Shown: positions 16,812 to 25,991 of the stretch, piece by piece
Layout of the letters: every line of letters begins with the position of its first letter
Position numbering within the stretch: the first letter of the stretch is position 1
Virus record (IMG/VR): IMGVR_UViG_3300027899_000014
Span: 1,176 to 65,175 of that record
Strand: one strand, 5' to 3'
DNA: 64,000 bases
From: a virus
Lineage: Duplodnaviria; Caudoviricetes
Made by a program: the position numbers and the translations under genes
Notes under the pieces: model-generated
Databases searched by the model: none
What the model saw: only the letters and a program-made list of their open reading frames with translations
What the model was told of the DNA's origin: nothing

Positions 16812-17456
16812 ATGTCCAGCAATTATATTTATAATCCCACAATTTTATATATAAAATTTCATGTATTAACTGGAAAATTATATTTTGGTAAAACCTCTTG
16901 TAAATCAAGAATAGATAACATTAATTCATATTATGGATCTGGATCATATTGGTCTAATCACATCAAACTGCACGGTAAAAACCATGTAGTTACTTTATGG
17001 AAATCAGATATTTTCTATAATAAAGAACAATTACTATTTGTATCAATATATCTTTCATTATATTATAATATAGTATTTTCAGATTTTTGGGCAAATTTAG
17101 AATTAGAAGATGGATTAAATGGCAGTAGAAATCCTAAAATGGGACCTAGAGGACCATTATCCAAACCTAGAAAACTAAAATCTGATGAGGATAAAGAAAA
17201 ATTAAAAGGACCTAGAGGACCAAATAAAAATAAAAGAGGCCCTATGTCAGAAAATAATAAAGAATCTCGTAGAGGGCCTCAGAAAAATCCAAATCCAAAT
17301 CGGTCTAATTCAAGAGGTATTAGTGGAAAAGATGGAAAAATATATGGTAAACAAAAAAATCCTTCTGGTCCATTTTTTACTATTTTATTAAATAAAAATA
17401 CTTATTCTAAAAAAACCCTTTCTAGATATTATCCAGAATTTAAACAATATTATTAA
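16812..17456 (+). mobile_element. Free-standing Seg-like GIY-YIG homing endonuclease inserted antisense between genes 45 and 44
   Basis: LYIKFHVLTGKLYFGKT...YYGSGSYW..H...WANLELEDG; basic C-terminus with GPRGP repeats. Confidence 0.8.
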
Positions 17457-17458
17457 TT

Positions 17459-17488
17459 TACAGTAGATAATAAAAATCATCTACTGTA
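17459..17488. terminator. Hairpin between the convergent endonuclease and gene 45
   Basis: TACAGTAGAT...ATCTACTGTA 10-bp inverted repeat. Confidence 0.5.
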
Positions 17489-17499
17489 GTAAATATATT

Positions 17500-18153
17500 T
17501 TAGAACGTACTGTCAGCCTCAATTGCGCAATAATATACTAAATCACCAATTGCAGACTCAAATCTGGCAATTCTAGAATGAATAGTTACTGCATAAGTGG
17601 ATTGCAACATTTTTAAGTTCTCAATTTTAATATTTGCTTTAAATACTTTATCAGTTAAACCTACTGCAGTTTCATAACTATTACTTGTTGCATTCTTCTT
17701 ATCACCAATAGTTAAAATGATGCTATTACCATCACCAATAATAGAAAGATCAGATGCTTTTAAAACTCCTGAAGTTCTTTGAATAGTAGTAAATACTGAC
17801 TCAGGTAAGTCAAACACAATATCAGCTGTAGGAAATACGATATCTTTACTTGGAGGTTTTACAATATTTTCACCAGCAGCAAAAAATTTAATTTTATTAT
17901 TTTTCTCTTTAATACTAACATACTTTTCTTCAAATTCTAATTCAGGATCAGTGAATAAAGAAAGAGCACCTAAAAACGAATTAAGATCATATATACCAAA
18001 TTCAATAGGGAATTCCTCAGGTACAGTTATACTCGAAGCAACAGTCTTATTTACTGAGGTGGTTCTTAATCTATTACCTGGACTTAGTAATAGATTACTA
18101 TTAATTGCTGCATAGTTTTTAAGGATGTTAATTGTTTCTTTACTAATTTTCAT
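17500..18153 (-). CDS. 45: Sliding clamp gp45
   Basis: MKISKETINILKNYAAIN, FGIYDLNSFL, YYCAIE. Confidence 0.93.
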   Translation of the reverse strand: MKISKETINILKNYAAINSNLLLSPGNRLRTTSVNKTVASSITVPEEFPIEFGIYDLNSFLGALSLFTDPELEFEEKYVSIKEKNNKIKFFAAGENIVKPPSKDIVFPTADIVFDLPESVFTTIQRTSGVLKASDLSIIGDGNSIILTIGDKKNATSNSYETAVGLTDKVFKANIKIENLKMLQSTYAVTIHSRIARFESAIGDLVYYCAIEADSTF

Positions 18154-18353
18154 AGTGTGGTCTCCATATTTTTAATTTTTTGTTGAATAATCACTTCCAA
18201 GTAATTCACTAAATCCATTGCTTCTTCTTGAGCATGGTTTAACCAATCTAATTCTGTTAAATCAGTTCTTTCTAAGGTAACTCCATACTTGGTTAAACCA
18301 AATTTAGCTCTTTGTTGTAGTTTTTCACATACAGTATCTTCAATTTTTGACAT
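18150..18353 (-). CDS. Small conserved phage protein, possibly MazG-like
   Basis: GLTKYGVTLERTDL...WLNHAQEEAMD..NYLE. Confidence 0.6.
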   Translation of the reverse strand: MSKIEDTVCEKLQQRAKFGLTKYGVTLERTDLTELDWLNHAQEEAMDLVNYLEVIIQQKIKNMETTL

Positions 18354-18403
18354 AATAACTCCATAAAATAATAATTATATTACATATTCGCATAAAAGTA
18401 AAC

Positions 18404-19519
18404 TTAAAATGGTATTTCATCAAATTCATCAATAGATATAATTACTGATTCAATATCTAATTCAGAAGTTTCAGGTTCAGTCATTTTATCAAGCAGATCA
18501 AGAAATGCTACTTTTGTTTGAGAGTCAAAACGATTGCAACATAATTCAACTGCTTTTGTTTTATTACCAAAGATAGCAAAAGCACGAATGATATGAACCA
18601 TTCTGCGTGTGGTAATTAATTCATCTACACCTCCATCATCATAAGTTTTACGAATAGCATCAGCCCATTTAACTAGTAGTTCAGCAAAAGGTACATCAAC
18701 ACAGTTGAATTGTTCCATTAAATTCTTAACAATTTTTAATTCAACATTTGCATTTGGATATTCTTGTTCAAATGTAACAGCAAATCGTTCAAGGAATGCT
18801 TCATTTAATACATTAGTACCAATGTAACGACCATCATCAGAACCTTTACCTTTGGTATTAGCTGTAGCAAGGATATTAAATCCTGCGGCTGGAATGATTA
18901 TTTCATTTTTTAGTTTGAAGTAATATGGTTTACCTTCAAGAATAGGTTGTAAGCATAATAGAGTATTAGCAGAACCTGCATCAATCTCATCAAGTAGCAA
19001 TGTAGTACCTGTACGCATAGCAACCAATACTGGTCCTTCAACAACTTCAACATTACCTTCTTGAAGGGTTTTAGAACCAATCAACTGCTCTTCGTCAGTC
19101 ATCATGTTTAAGTTTACACGAATTAATGGTTTTTTATGCTTGGCACATATTTGCTCAACCATTGTAGATTTACCATTACCAGTAGGTCCGTAAATATACG
19201 AGGGATAAAAAATGCCAGATTTAATGATAGACTCTAAATCTTTGAAGTTACCAAATGGTACAAAGTTAGGATCTTTTTCTGGCACGAGAGAAGTTCCACC
19301 TTTAGGAATGGAAACTGTTTTCAATTCTTTTATAGGAGTGTCTGCAGTAGGTAGTCTATACACACCACGAGCGATTTTATTTTGCATTAACCAATCTGGC
19401 CAATCGCATTGCATTTGATCTTTTACTTCTTTGAGTTGTTTACGAGTGATAGTACCAGTTGTTTCAGCATCTGGAAACAACTGGTACATAGTAGGAATAA
19501 AGTTTGGAATGGTTTTCAT
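18404..19519 (-). CDS. MoxR/CobS-like AAA+ ATPase
   Basis: GPTGNGKS, LLLDEID, ATANTKG, NEAFLERF, ITTRR. Confidence 0.92.
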   Translation of the reverse strand: MKTIPNFIPTMYQLFPDAETTGTITRKQLKEVKDQMQCDWPDWLMQNKIARGVYRLPTADTPIKELKTVSIPKGGTSLVPEKDPNFVPFGNFKDLESIIKSGIFYPSYIYGPTGNGKSTMVEQICAKHKKPLIRVNLNMMTDEEQLIGSKTLQEGNVEVVEGPVLVAMRTGTTLLLDEIDAGSANTLLCLQPILEGKPYYFKLKNEIIIPAAGFNILATANTKGKGSDDGRYIGTNVLNEAFLERFAVTFEQEYPNANVELKIVKNLMEQFNCVDVPFAELLVKWADAIRKTYDDGGVDELITTRRMVHIIRAFAIFGNKTKAVELCCNRFDSQTKVAFLDLLDKMTEPETSELDIESVIISIDEFDEIPF

Positions 19520-19540
19520 AATATAGTTTTTCTCATTTGT

Positions 19541-19593
19541 TAGTTTATGGATCTATTATAACACGTTTTCATCAAATGTAAACGTTTATTTTC
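19541..19593 (-). promoter_or_regulatory. Early promoter (repeat family copy)
   Basis: Minus strand GAAAATAAACGTTTACA...GTGTTATAATAGATCCATAAA. Confidence 0.7.
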
Positions 19594-19596
19594 ATA

Positions 19597-21735
19597 TTAG
19601 GCAATAAGTTTTATAAATTTATTCAATAATAAACGATTCACTTGGCGACTTTCCATTATTTTGGTAAACTTATTTGCAATGGAAGAAGCTGATTGAGTAT
19701 TAGAAACATTTAATTCTACATCTTTAATTCTTAATGACTTTGCAGGAACTAATAATAAATCATCACGACCTTCACATTTTAAAGAAGCAAATCCAGTTGT
19801 TTTAACTTCTCTCTTAACATCTTCATGATCTATATTATAGATATCATTATTAAATGCAGCAGATTTAATTTCATTATTACTTAAAGAACCTGCAATATAA
19901 AATCCAATATTGGCAACATTATATCTATCCTTTATCATTTTTAATAAAGTAGAAGTTTGGTTAGTTGAGTTATTAGTAAATCGATAATTGCATTTAGTTA
20001 TTGGATCAACTAAGAAATTCTTTCCAAATCTAGGAGTGGTTGCTCGTAAACTACTGCCTGCTCCATCAGTTAATGTAATAAAAGACATCTTTTCTACATT
20101 ATTTTTATTGATAAATTTACCTACATACTCAGTCATATACGCCAGTGCACTGTTTAAAGGAGTTCCACCTAATCTATATCCAGAGTTTCTAGTGAATTGA
20201 TTTGTATTAAAAAGTCTTTTTGCCATATCATTGAAATCTTTATTCGACATTTTATTACTGAATAATTCAAATAAAGCACATTCATTTGATGCATTATTTA
20301 ATAAATTAAATTCCGCATATACTTTTGATGTCCTTTCTTTTAATCTGTCTATGTAGGCAGCATTCTCATATCTGTTATAATAATCAGAGAATGCTAATAC
20401 TTGAAATGGAATTTGTGTTCTATGACAAAACATTGATAATGTAATAACTTGTTGAACTACATCTCCAATAACCTCGCACATAGAACCTGACCAATCTACT
20501 AAAAAGATCATCCCATGATTTTTACCTTCTTGAGCAATAGTTATTCTTTTGAATAAATCATCATTCAATTGGTATCCCCAAACCTTTTTCATATCCAATG
20601 AACCTGATTTAGATACTTGATTACGTTTATATTGAGTTGCTGCTTTTTTCATCTCAAATTCTTTTATGAGATAATTAACAGTTTTCAAGGTATTTGATTT
20701 GAATTTATTATATTCTTCATTTGCTTTACTAGTTAAATTATCCATAAATTCATTTGGAGTTTCAGTTTCATTTAAAATAGTTTTATAATCTATAATTATT
20801 TCAGAATCATAATTAATATCTAATCTTAAATAATTATATGTTTCATCCATATCTACTGAATTATTCAAGTTATTCATTAAAGATTTATTAGTTTTACTCT
20901 CTAATTTCTCTTCTATTTCTTCAGGAGTTTTGCTACATTGAGAAGATACAGATTCGTTTTCTTGTTGAATAACTTCTTCTTCTTCTTCAGGTTCTTTAGA
21001 CCCTTCAGACTCTTCAGGTTCTTTAGACCCTTCAGACTCTTCAGGTTCTTTAGACCCTTCAGACTCTTCAGGTTCTTTAGACCCTTCAGACTCTTCAGGT
21101 TCTTTAGACCCTTCAGACTCTTCAGACCCTTCAGACCCTTCAGACTCTTCAGAAGTTCTTCGATCTTCTTGAACTTCTTCACTTTCTAATTCATTTTTAC
21201 AGAATTCGTAAATTTCTTTTGCTAATTGAATAACTTGCGCAGGCGTTTCGGTTTTTTCTGTTCTAATAACAAATACTTTTTCTTGTTCTGAAAATGAAAC
21301 GCCTGACGAAATACCTACTTTAAACCAAAGATTAATTCTATCAATTAAGTTAAGAGTTCTTACATTTTTAATTTCCTTTACACCAAAGAAGTCTCTTTCA
21401 TTAAGTTGTCTATAACCTTCAATCATAGTCTTTTTAAGACCAGGATATTTGCGTTTCATTAGTTTCTCAATACGAACATCTTCAACTACATTAATATAGT
21501 CATGGATTTTGTAATCTTCTTTAGAAGCCTCCATCATATCCATAGTTGTATATAAGGCATGACCGGTCTCATGACCTACAAGCATACTCTCTATTTCAGA
21601 AGTCATACCTTTAAAGATAGGTAAAGTTAATTGTCTTGATTTAATATTAAAAGAGGCAGTCTTAACTGCAGCTTTAACTACAGTTAAGTTTTCTGTTGCG
21701 AGGAGTTTTGCGGTAATGTCTATTGCAGTATTCAT
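19597..21735 (-). CDS. CobT-like protein: N-terminal HExxH metallopeptidase-like domain, acidic linker, vWA domain
   Basis: HETGHALYT...EDVRIE; MIDAS DWSGSM, GGTPL, LTDG. Confidence 0.88.
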   Translation of the reverse strand: MNTAIDITAKLLATENLTVVKAAVKTASFNIKSRQLTLPIFKGMTSEIESMLVGHETGHALYTTMDMMEASKEDYKIHDYINVVEDVRIEKLMKRKYPGLKKTMIEGYRQLNERDFFGVKEIKNVRTLNLIDRINLWFKVGISSGVSFSEQEKVFVIRTEKTETPAQVIQLAKEIYEFCKNELESEEVQEDRRTSEESEGSEGSEESEGSKEPEESEGSKEPEESEGSKEPEESEGSKEPEESEGSKEPEEEEEVIQQENESVSSQCSKTPEEIEEKLESKTNKSLMNNLNNSVDMDETYNYLRLDINYDSEIIIDYKTILNETETPNEFMDNLTSKANEEYNKFKSNTLKTVNYLIKEFEMKKAATQYKRNQVSKSGSLDMKKVWGYQLNDDLFKRITIAQEGKNHGMIFLVDWSGSMCEVIGDVVQQVITLSMFCHRTQIPFQVLAFSDYYNRYENAAYIDRLKERTSKVYAEFNLLNNASNECALFELFSNKMSNKDFNDMAKRLFNTNQFTRNSGYRLGGTPLNSALAYMTEYVGKFINKNNVEKMSFITLTDGAGSSLRATTPRFGKNFLVDPITKCNYRFTNNSTNQTSTLLKMIKDRYNVANIGFYIAGSLSNNEIKSAAFNNDIYNIDHEDVKREVKTTGFASLKCEGRDDLLLVPAKSLRIKDVELNVSNTQSASSIANKFTKIMESRQVNRLLLNKFIKLIA
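20986..21147. repeat. In-frame tandem repeat: five 27-bp units (20986-21120) plus 9-bp subunits, encoding (SEGSKEPEE)n
   Basis: TTCAGGTTCTTTAGACCCTTCAGACTC x5, then TTCAGACCC x2 and TTCAGACTC. Confidence 0.95.
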
Positions 21736-21753
21736 AATATAGTCTCTTTATCA

Positions 21754-21804
21754 ATTTATGAGACTATTATATACTGTTTTATGCAAATGTAAACATTTAT
21801 TTTC
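21754..21804 (-). promoter_or_regulatory. Early promoter (repeat family copy) for the vWA/MoxR operon
   Basis: Minus strand GAAAATAAATGTTTACA...TATAATAGTCTCATAAA. Confidence 0.7.
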
Positions 21805-21828
21805 ATTAAAGTAAAAATTGTTTAAAGG

Positions 21829-21984
21829 CTTAAAAAGTGCACTTTTAAGTTATTGATTACATTATACTTTTTTTATTAAAAAGAGGGTTTTTCACACTTT
21901 ATGGTGTTCCTATCACCCTTAAAATAAAAAAGTGTGCACAGAACGCATTATTTTTTCGCTTTATTAAATAGAATCAATCTGTTA
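21829..21984. promoter_or_regulatory. Intergenic region with a palindrome and two IHF-consensus sites
   Basis: AAAAGTGCACTTTT palindrome; WATCAANNNNTTR matches at 21846-58 (minus) and 21972-84 (plus). Confidence 0.5.
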
Positions 21985-21987
21985 TGA

Positions 21988-23706
21988 TCATGCTATCACA
22001 GAAAATTCATTGCGTTTTTCCACCTTCAGGATTGAATGAAATTTGTCATTCAGTATATCACCTCGATGAGATATTACAAATACATTAGTATCTGATTCTA
22101 ATGAATTAATCATGGTTAATAATGATTCTGTAGAGGCATCATCAAGACTAGAATCGGCAATCTCATCCATGATCAAAAGATTAGTATTGACTGAATTCTT
22201 CAATCTAGCAATTTGTCTCCAAGCAAATAGAATTGCCACATCAAGTTTACGTTTCTCGCCTTCGGAAAAAGAGGCATAGGTAAATTCATCTCGAAATCTT
22301 GACTTAATAGTTTCATTGAAAGACTCATCTAATTCAAACTTAATATAGGTGTCCATAAGTGCCAGATACTTATTGATCAAAGTATTCATTACAGGTAGAT
22401 ACTCACGAATAATTGCAGTCTTAATTCCTGTATCTTTCAATAACTGATTTGAAATATCTTGTAACCCTCTAAGTTCCATCAAGGAGGTTTTCTCAGTTAT
22501 TTGTTCTATAGTACTATTTGCTAGTTCTTTTAATTTACGTTTCTCTTCATCTACGTTTGCAGTATTTTGTTCTACACCTTCAATCTCGGCAAGGAACTGA
22601 GAGTTTTGTCTATTCAATAGAGTGATAGTACTATTTGTTGTAGATAACTCAATATTTTTATCGGTAATATTATTTTGTATTAGTTGAATATTTTTCAAAG
22701 ATTCTTTTAGATTAGCGTAAGCTTTTTCCAAAGCTTGGAGTTTAGAATCTTCCTCATCTATTTTAGATTGAATATCTGCAACTACTATTTGTTTATATTC
22801 ATCGGTAATTTCCTGTGAACATGTTGAACATACATCATTTTCGTAAAAGAAATGTTTGTGTGTTACATGATGATTATGGATTGCAGTAACTTTGCTAAGT
22901 AACCTATTAACACCCTGAATATCTTCATCAAGTTTATCTTTGTCACTAATCTTTTCTCTTAAATGAACTAGTTCTGCTGCTAGTAACTCGGAAGTTACTT
23001 GTGATTGCTCAATTTGATGATCATTTTTAGTAATTTTATCCAATAATAATCTAACAGTATCAGACTTTGCATTATTCATTGCCGAAATTATAGCAGTCTG
23101 CGACTCAACTTTTGCTCGTGCTATTTTAATATCAGAATCTAATCTTGAAATAGCATCTTTAGTTGATAATACTCTATCTTTCAATATTTGATTCATTACA
23201 GAGAAAATACGAATATCCAAAATATCTTCAACTACTTCTCGGCGTTGACTTGTTTTAAGTTGCATAAAGGGAACAAATGATGCTGAACCTAGAATAACTA
23301 CCTGTGTAAAGGTTTTATAGTTAAGTCTAAGTATCTGTTGTTCTAAAATCTTTTGGTAATCTTTATTTGCTGCCTCTTGATTCAATAAGACATCATTACA
23401 ATATATCTCAAATATACCAGGTTTTATTCCTCGGATAACCTTATAAGATTTAGTACCAATAAGAAATTCACATGTTACTAATAATTGTTTACCATTAATA
23501 GAGTTGACTAATTGTCCTAATTTAATATCTCGGAAAGGTTTACCAAATAAACAAAATGTAATGGCATCAAGTATTGTAGATTTGCCATCACCATTTTTAC
23601 CCATTATCAAAGTAGTTCTTGACTTATCTAATAGGATTTTGTTTTCAACATTACCTGTTGATAGAAAGTTTTTGTAACTAATGTACTTAAAATGTAATGT
23701 AGACAT
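21988..23706 (-). CDS. 46: Recombination endonuclease ATPase subunit gp46 (Rad50/SbcC-like)
   Basis: GKNGDGKST, CSTC hook, FSEGE signature, IMDE, VISH. Confidence 0.96.
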   Translation of the reverse strand: MSTLHFKYISYKNFLSTGNVENKILLDKSRTTLIMGKNGDGKSTILDAITFCLFGKPFRDIKLGQLVNSINGKQLLVTCEFLIGTKSYKVIRGIKPGIFEIYCNDVLLNQEAANKDYQKILEQQILRLNYKTFTQVVILGSASFVPFMQLKTSQRREVVEDILDIRIFSVMNQILKDRVLSTKDAISRLDSDIKIARAKVESQTAIISAMNNAKSDTVRLLLDKITKNDHQIEQSQVTSELLAAELVHLREKISDKDKLDEDIQGVNRLLSKVTAIHNHHVTHKHFFYENDVCSTCSQEITDEYKQIVVADIQSKIDEEDSKLQALEKAYANLKESLKNIQLIQNNITDKNIELSTTNSTITLLNRQNSQFLAEIEGVEQNTANVDEEKRKLKELANSTIEQITEKTSLMELRGLQDISNQLLKDTGIKTAIIREYLPVMNTLINKYLALMDTYIKFELDESFNETIKSRFRDEFTYASFSEGEKRKLDVAILFAWRQIARLKNSVNTNLLIMDEIADSSLDDASTESLLTMINSLESDTNVFVISHRGDILNDKFHSILKVEKRNEFSVIA

Positions 23707-24764
23707 TATGCCATATCCAAATTTACCGCTTCTGTGAATAAAGAACCTATGTATGATTTTATCTTTGATGTCTCAACATCAGTTTCTATAGATTCAATAT
23801 AATGATTTAGAACAGATTGCGTATCTTCTAATTTAATATCATCAGATAGTTCACCTGAAGAGAAGTCTCCAATGTCTTCAATAATCTTAATTTCATGAGC
23901 ACCTTTATTATATAATTTAGTCAGGAATGTATCAAACTTATAATAATCTGTTTTATTTACCACAATCAGTTTTACATAACTATCAGATAAATCTAAAGCA
24001 TCTAAGTTTATTGGTTCAATGCCTTTATCGTCATATTCTATTTTTACAAATAGTGTATTTGGATTTCTAATAAACTGAAGCTTTCTTGATGCTAAATCAA
24101 ATATGTGAAATCCTTTAGGATCACCATAATCTTGCCAAGTTAGTTCGTATGGAGTTCCGAGATACGATATATTACCATTTGTTGATCTATGGTGATAATG
24201 GCCTGAGAAAGTTTTATCATATCGATCAAACATCAAACTAGACATTCCACCATGGGATTCTACACCACGATACATTTGAAATCCTCCTATCTCGAAATGA
24301 CCCATACAGATATCAGAAGGTGAATGATTAATCACATGATATGCTACATCATAATTGTCGTTGCATATCCAAGGTATCATAGCAACATCAATACCTTTTA
24401 CAGAAACAGTTTGAGCATGTTCTATAAGATTAATATTATCATATTCTGCCAATAACAAACTAGGAGTGTTTGGAAAGAGGGTATTTTTAAAAGTAATATC
24501 ATGATTGCCTATTAACATGTATAATGTTATATTTCGTATTTGAAGTGGTTTGAAGAAAAAATCTTTACATTGATCTATAACATAATTATTAGTAAATTTA
24601 CGGGTATCAAAAGTATCACCTAGAATAATAACAGTATCAATTTTATTTTGGTCAAGATATGGAAAGAATACTTCTTCATAAAATTTACGTTGATGATCAA
24701 GTATAATTGTAGAACCTGTTCTTGCTCCAAAATGTTGGTCAGTTATTAAACAAACTTTATTCAT
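23706..24764 (-). CDS. 47: Recombination endonuclease nuclease subunit gp47 (Mre11-like)
   Basis: DQHFG, GDTFD, GNHD, GHFE, SGHYH. Confidence 0.96.
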   Translation of the reverse strand: MNKVCLITDQHFGARTGSTIILDHQRKFYEEVFFPYLDQNKIDTVIILGDTFDTRKFTNNYVIDQCKDFFFKPLQIRNITLYMLIGNHDITFKNTLFPNTPSLLLAEYDNINLIEHAQTVSVKGIDVAMIPWICNDNYDVAYHVINHSPSDICMGHFEIGGFQMYRGVESHGGMSSLMFDRYDKTFSGHYHHRSTNGNISYLGTPYELTWQDYGDPKGFHIFDLASRKLQFIRNPNTLFVKIEYDDKGIEPINLDALDLSDSYVKLIVVNKTDYYKFDTFLTKLYNKGAHEIKIIEDIGDFSSGELSDDIKLEDTQSVLNHYIESIETDVETSKIKSYIGSLFTEAVNLDMA

Positions 24765-24939
24765 TCAATCCCCATCCTTCAATACTAGTTTGTTCAAAAG
24801 TTTTAAGTTGGCATTTACAACCTTGTATTATAGCATAATTGATTGTATGTTCTTTTTCAGAATTTTCTATAGTTTGCCAACCTTCCCATATTTTAGATTC
24901 TTCATCATATAAACGGTATTGCTTTATAACTTCATTCAT
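24757..24939 (-). CDS. Hypothetical protein
   Basis: 60-aa ORF between genes 55 and 47, overlapping the start of 47. Confidence 0.5.
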   Translation of the reverse strand: MNEVIKQYRLYDEESKIWEGWQTIENSEKEHTINYAIIQGCKCQLKTFEQTSIEGWGLNE

Positions 24940-24954
24940 AATGTATTCTCACTA

Positions 24955-25494
24955 TTAACTATAAAAATCTTCTAAAGGTGAATAAACTTCCTTTTTAATC
25001 TTTTCCTTTTTTGGTTTTTCAAATGACGAACCATCAAAATTATTATACGCTTTCATGTACTCAATATAGTTATTGGTGAAATCTCCTTGTTCATCATGAG
25101 CTTGTAATTCAGTAATATCTAAAGCATTTGATGTAAGTAATTTACTTCTAATATAGACTTGTTTTTTCTCTTTGGCTATTCTACGCAGAAACGCAAAATA
25201 AACTATTTGAGTAAAATAAGAGAAAGGATTATGAGTTTTAGTTTCATCAAAATTGTCTATTACTTTTAAACAATTTTCAACTCCATCTAAAATCATATCA
25301 TCTTTGAATGAATATCCATTAAAGCTTCTAAGATTAGAGAAATTAGTAGCAATTTTAAATATGCATCCTCCAATATATTCTGAGATTCGGGGTTTAGGAA
25401 TTCCTTTGTCAGTACAGTCTTTAACTTCAGCTATACGCTTTTGCATAGCTAAAAAGAATTCTGCATTATCAATATAGTTTAGTTTTTTACTCAT
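24955..25494 (-). CDS. 55: Late-transcription sigma factor gp55
   Basis: NYIDNAEF, F.GYSFKDDMILDG, NPFSYFTQIVYFAFLRRI. Confidence 0.95.
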   Translation of the reverse strand: MSKKLNYIDNAEFFLAMQKRIAEVKDCTDKGIPKPRISEYIGGCIFKIATNFSNLRSFNGYSFKDDMILDGVENCLKVIDNFDETKTHNPFSYFTQIVYFAFLRRIAKEKKQVYIRSKLLTSNALDITELQAHDEQGDFTNNYIEYMKAYNNFDGSSFEKPKKEKIKKEVYSPLEDFYS

Positions 25495-25577
25495 TTTTAC
25501 TACCTCAATTTAGAATATAGAACTATTATATCCTATGATTAATAAAAAGTATATTAAAAATATATTTTATTTTATTG

Positions 25578-25606
25578 TTTACAACTGTTTACTTTTGTGA
25601 TATACT
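25578..25606 (+). promoter_or_regulatory. Antisense sigma70-type promoter
   Basis: TTTACA-17 nt-TATACT with extended -10 TG; no plus-strand ORF downstream. Confidence 0.45.
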
Positions 25607-25628
25607 GGTTATACCAGGTTTTTCTAGG

Positions 25629-25991
25629 TTAATGTATTGTTTTATTAGATACTTTAATATCTTTATAAAATTCTATATCATATTCTTCTTCTAGTTGTCC
25701 AGGTTCTAATTGAATATCAACCATACGTTTATAGTAATTGAGAGTAGATTCGTTTAGAGGTTTGACGATTATTACATCATGCTTCCTCACTTTAAAGATT
25801 TGATCATCCGTAAAAGAACACCATGGAGAACCGGCTAATACTTCTTTATTCTTACCATCAAGGTTGAAATTTACTGTTTTCATTTGAATAGGATACATGA
25901 TTGTGTATTCAGAATCGTCTTCATTTATTAGTACACTTATTAGGTTATCACCATTAACAAGTTTTAAAGTAATATAGTCATGTTGTATCAT
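25629..25991 (-). CDS. Conserved T4-like hypothetical protein, possible Sm-like fold
   Basis: LKLVNGDNLIS...PW..F pattern; usual position between uvsW and 55. Confidence 0.65.
   Translation of the reverse strand: MIQHDYITLKLVNGDNLISVLINEDDSEYTIMYPIQMKTVNFNLDGKNKEVLAGSPWCSFTDDQIFKVRKHDVIIVKPLNESTLNYYKRMVDIQLEPGQLEEEYDIEFYKDIKVSNKTIH

Noticed and set aside
20913-21189. LKSLKG / FRPFRL repeat ORFs, and the 27-bp repeat as a CRISPR array
   Set aside because: Alternative-frame readings of the in-frame minisatellite; the units are contiguous with no spacers and there are no cas genes
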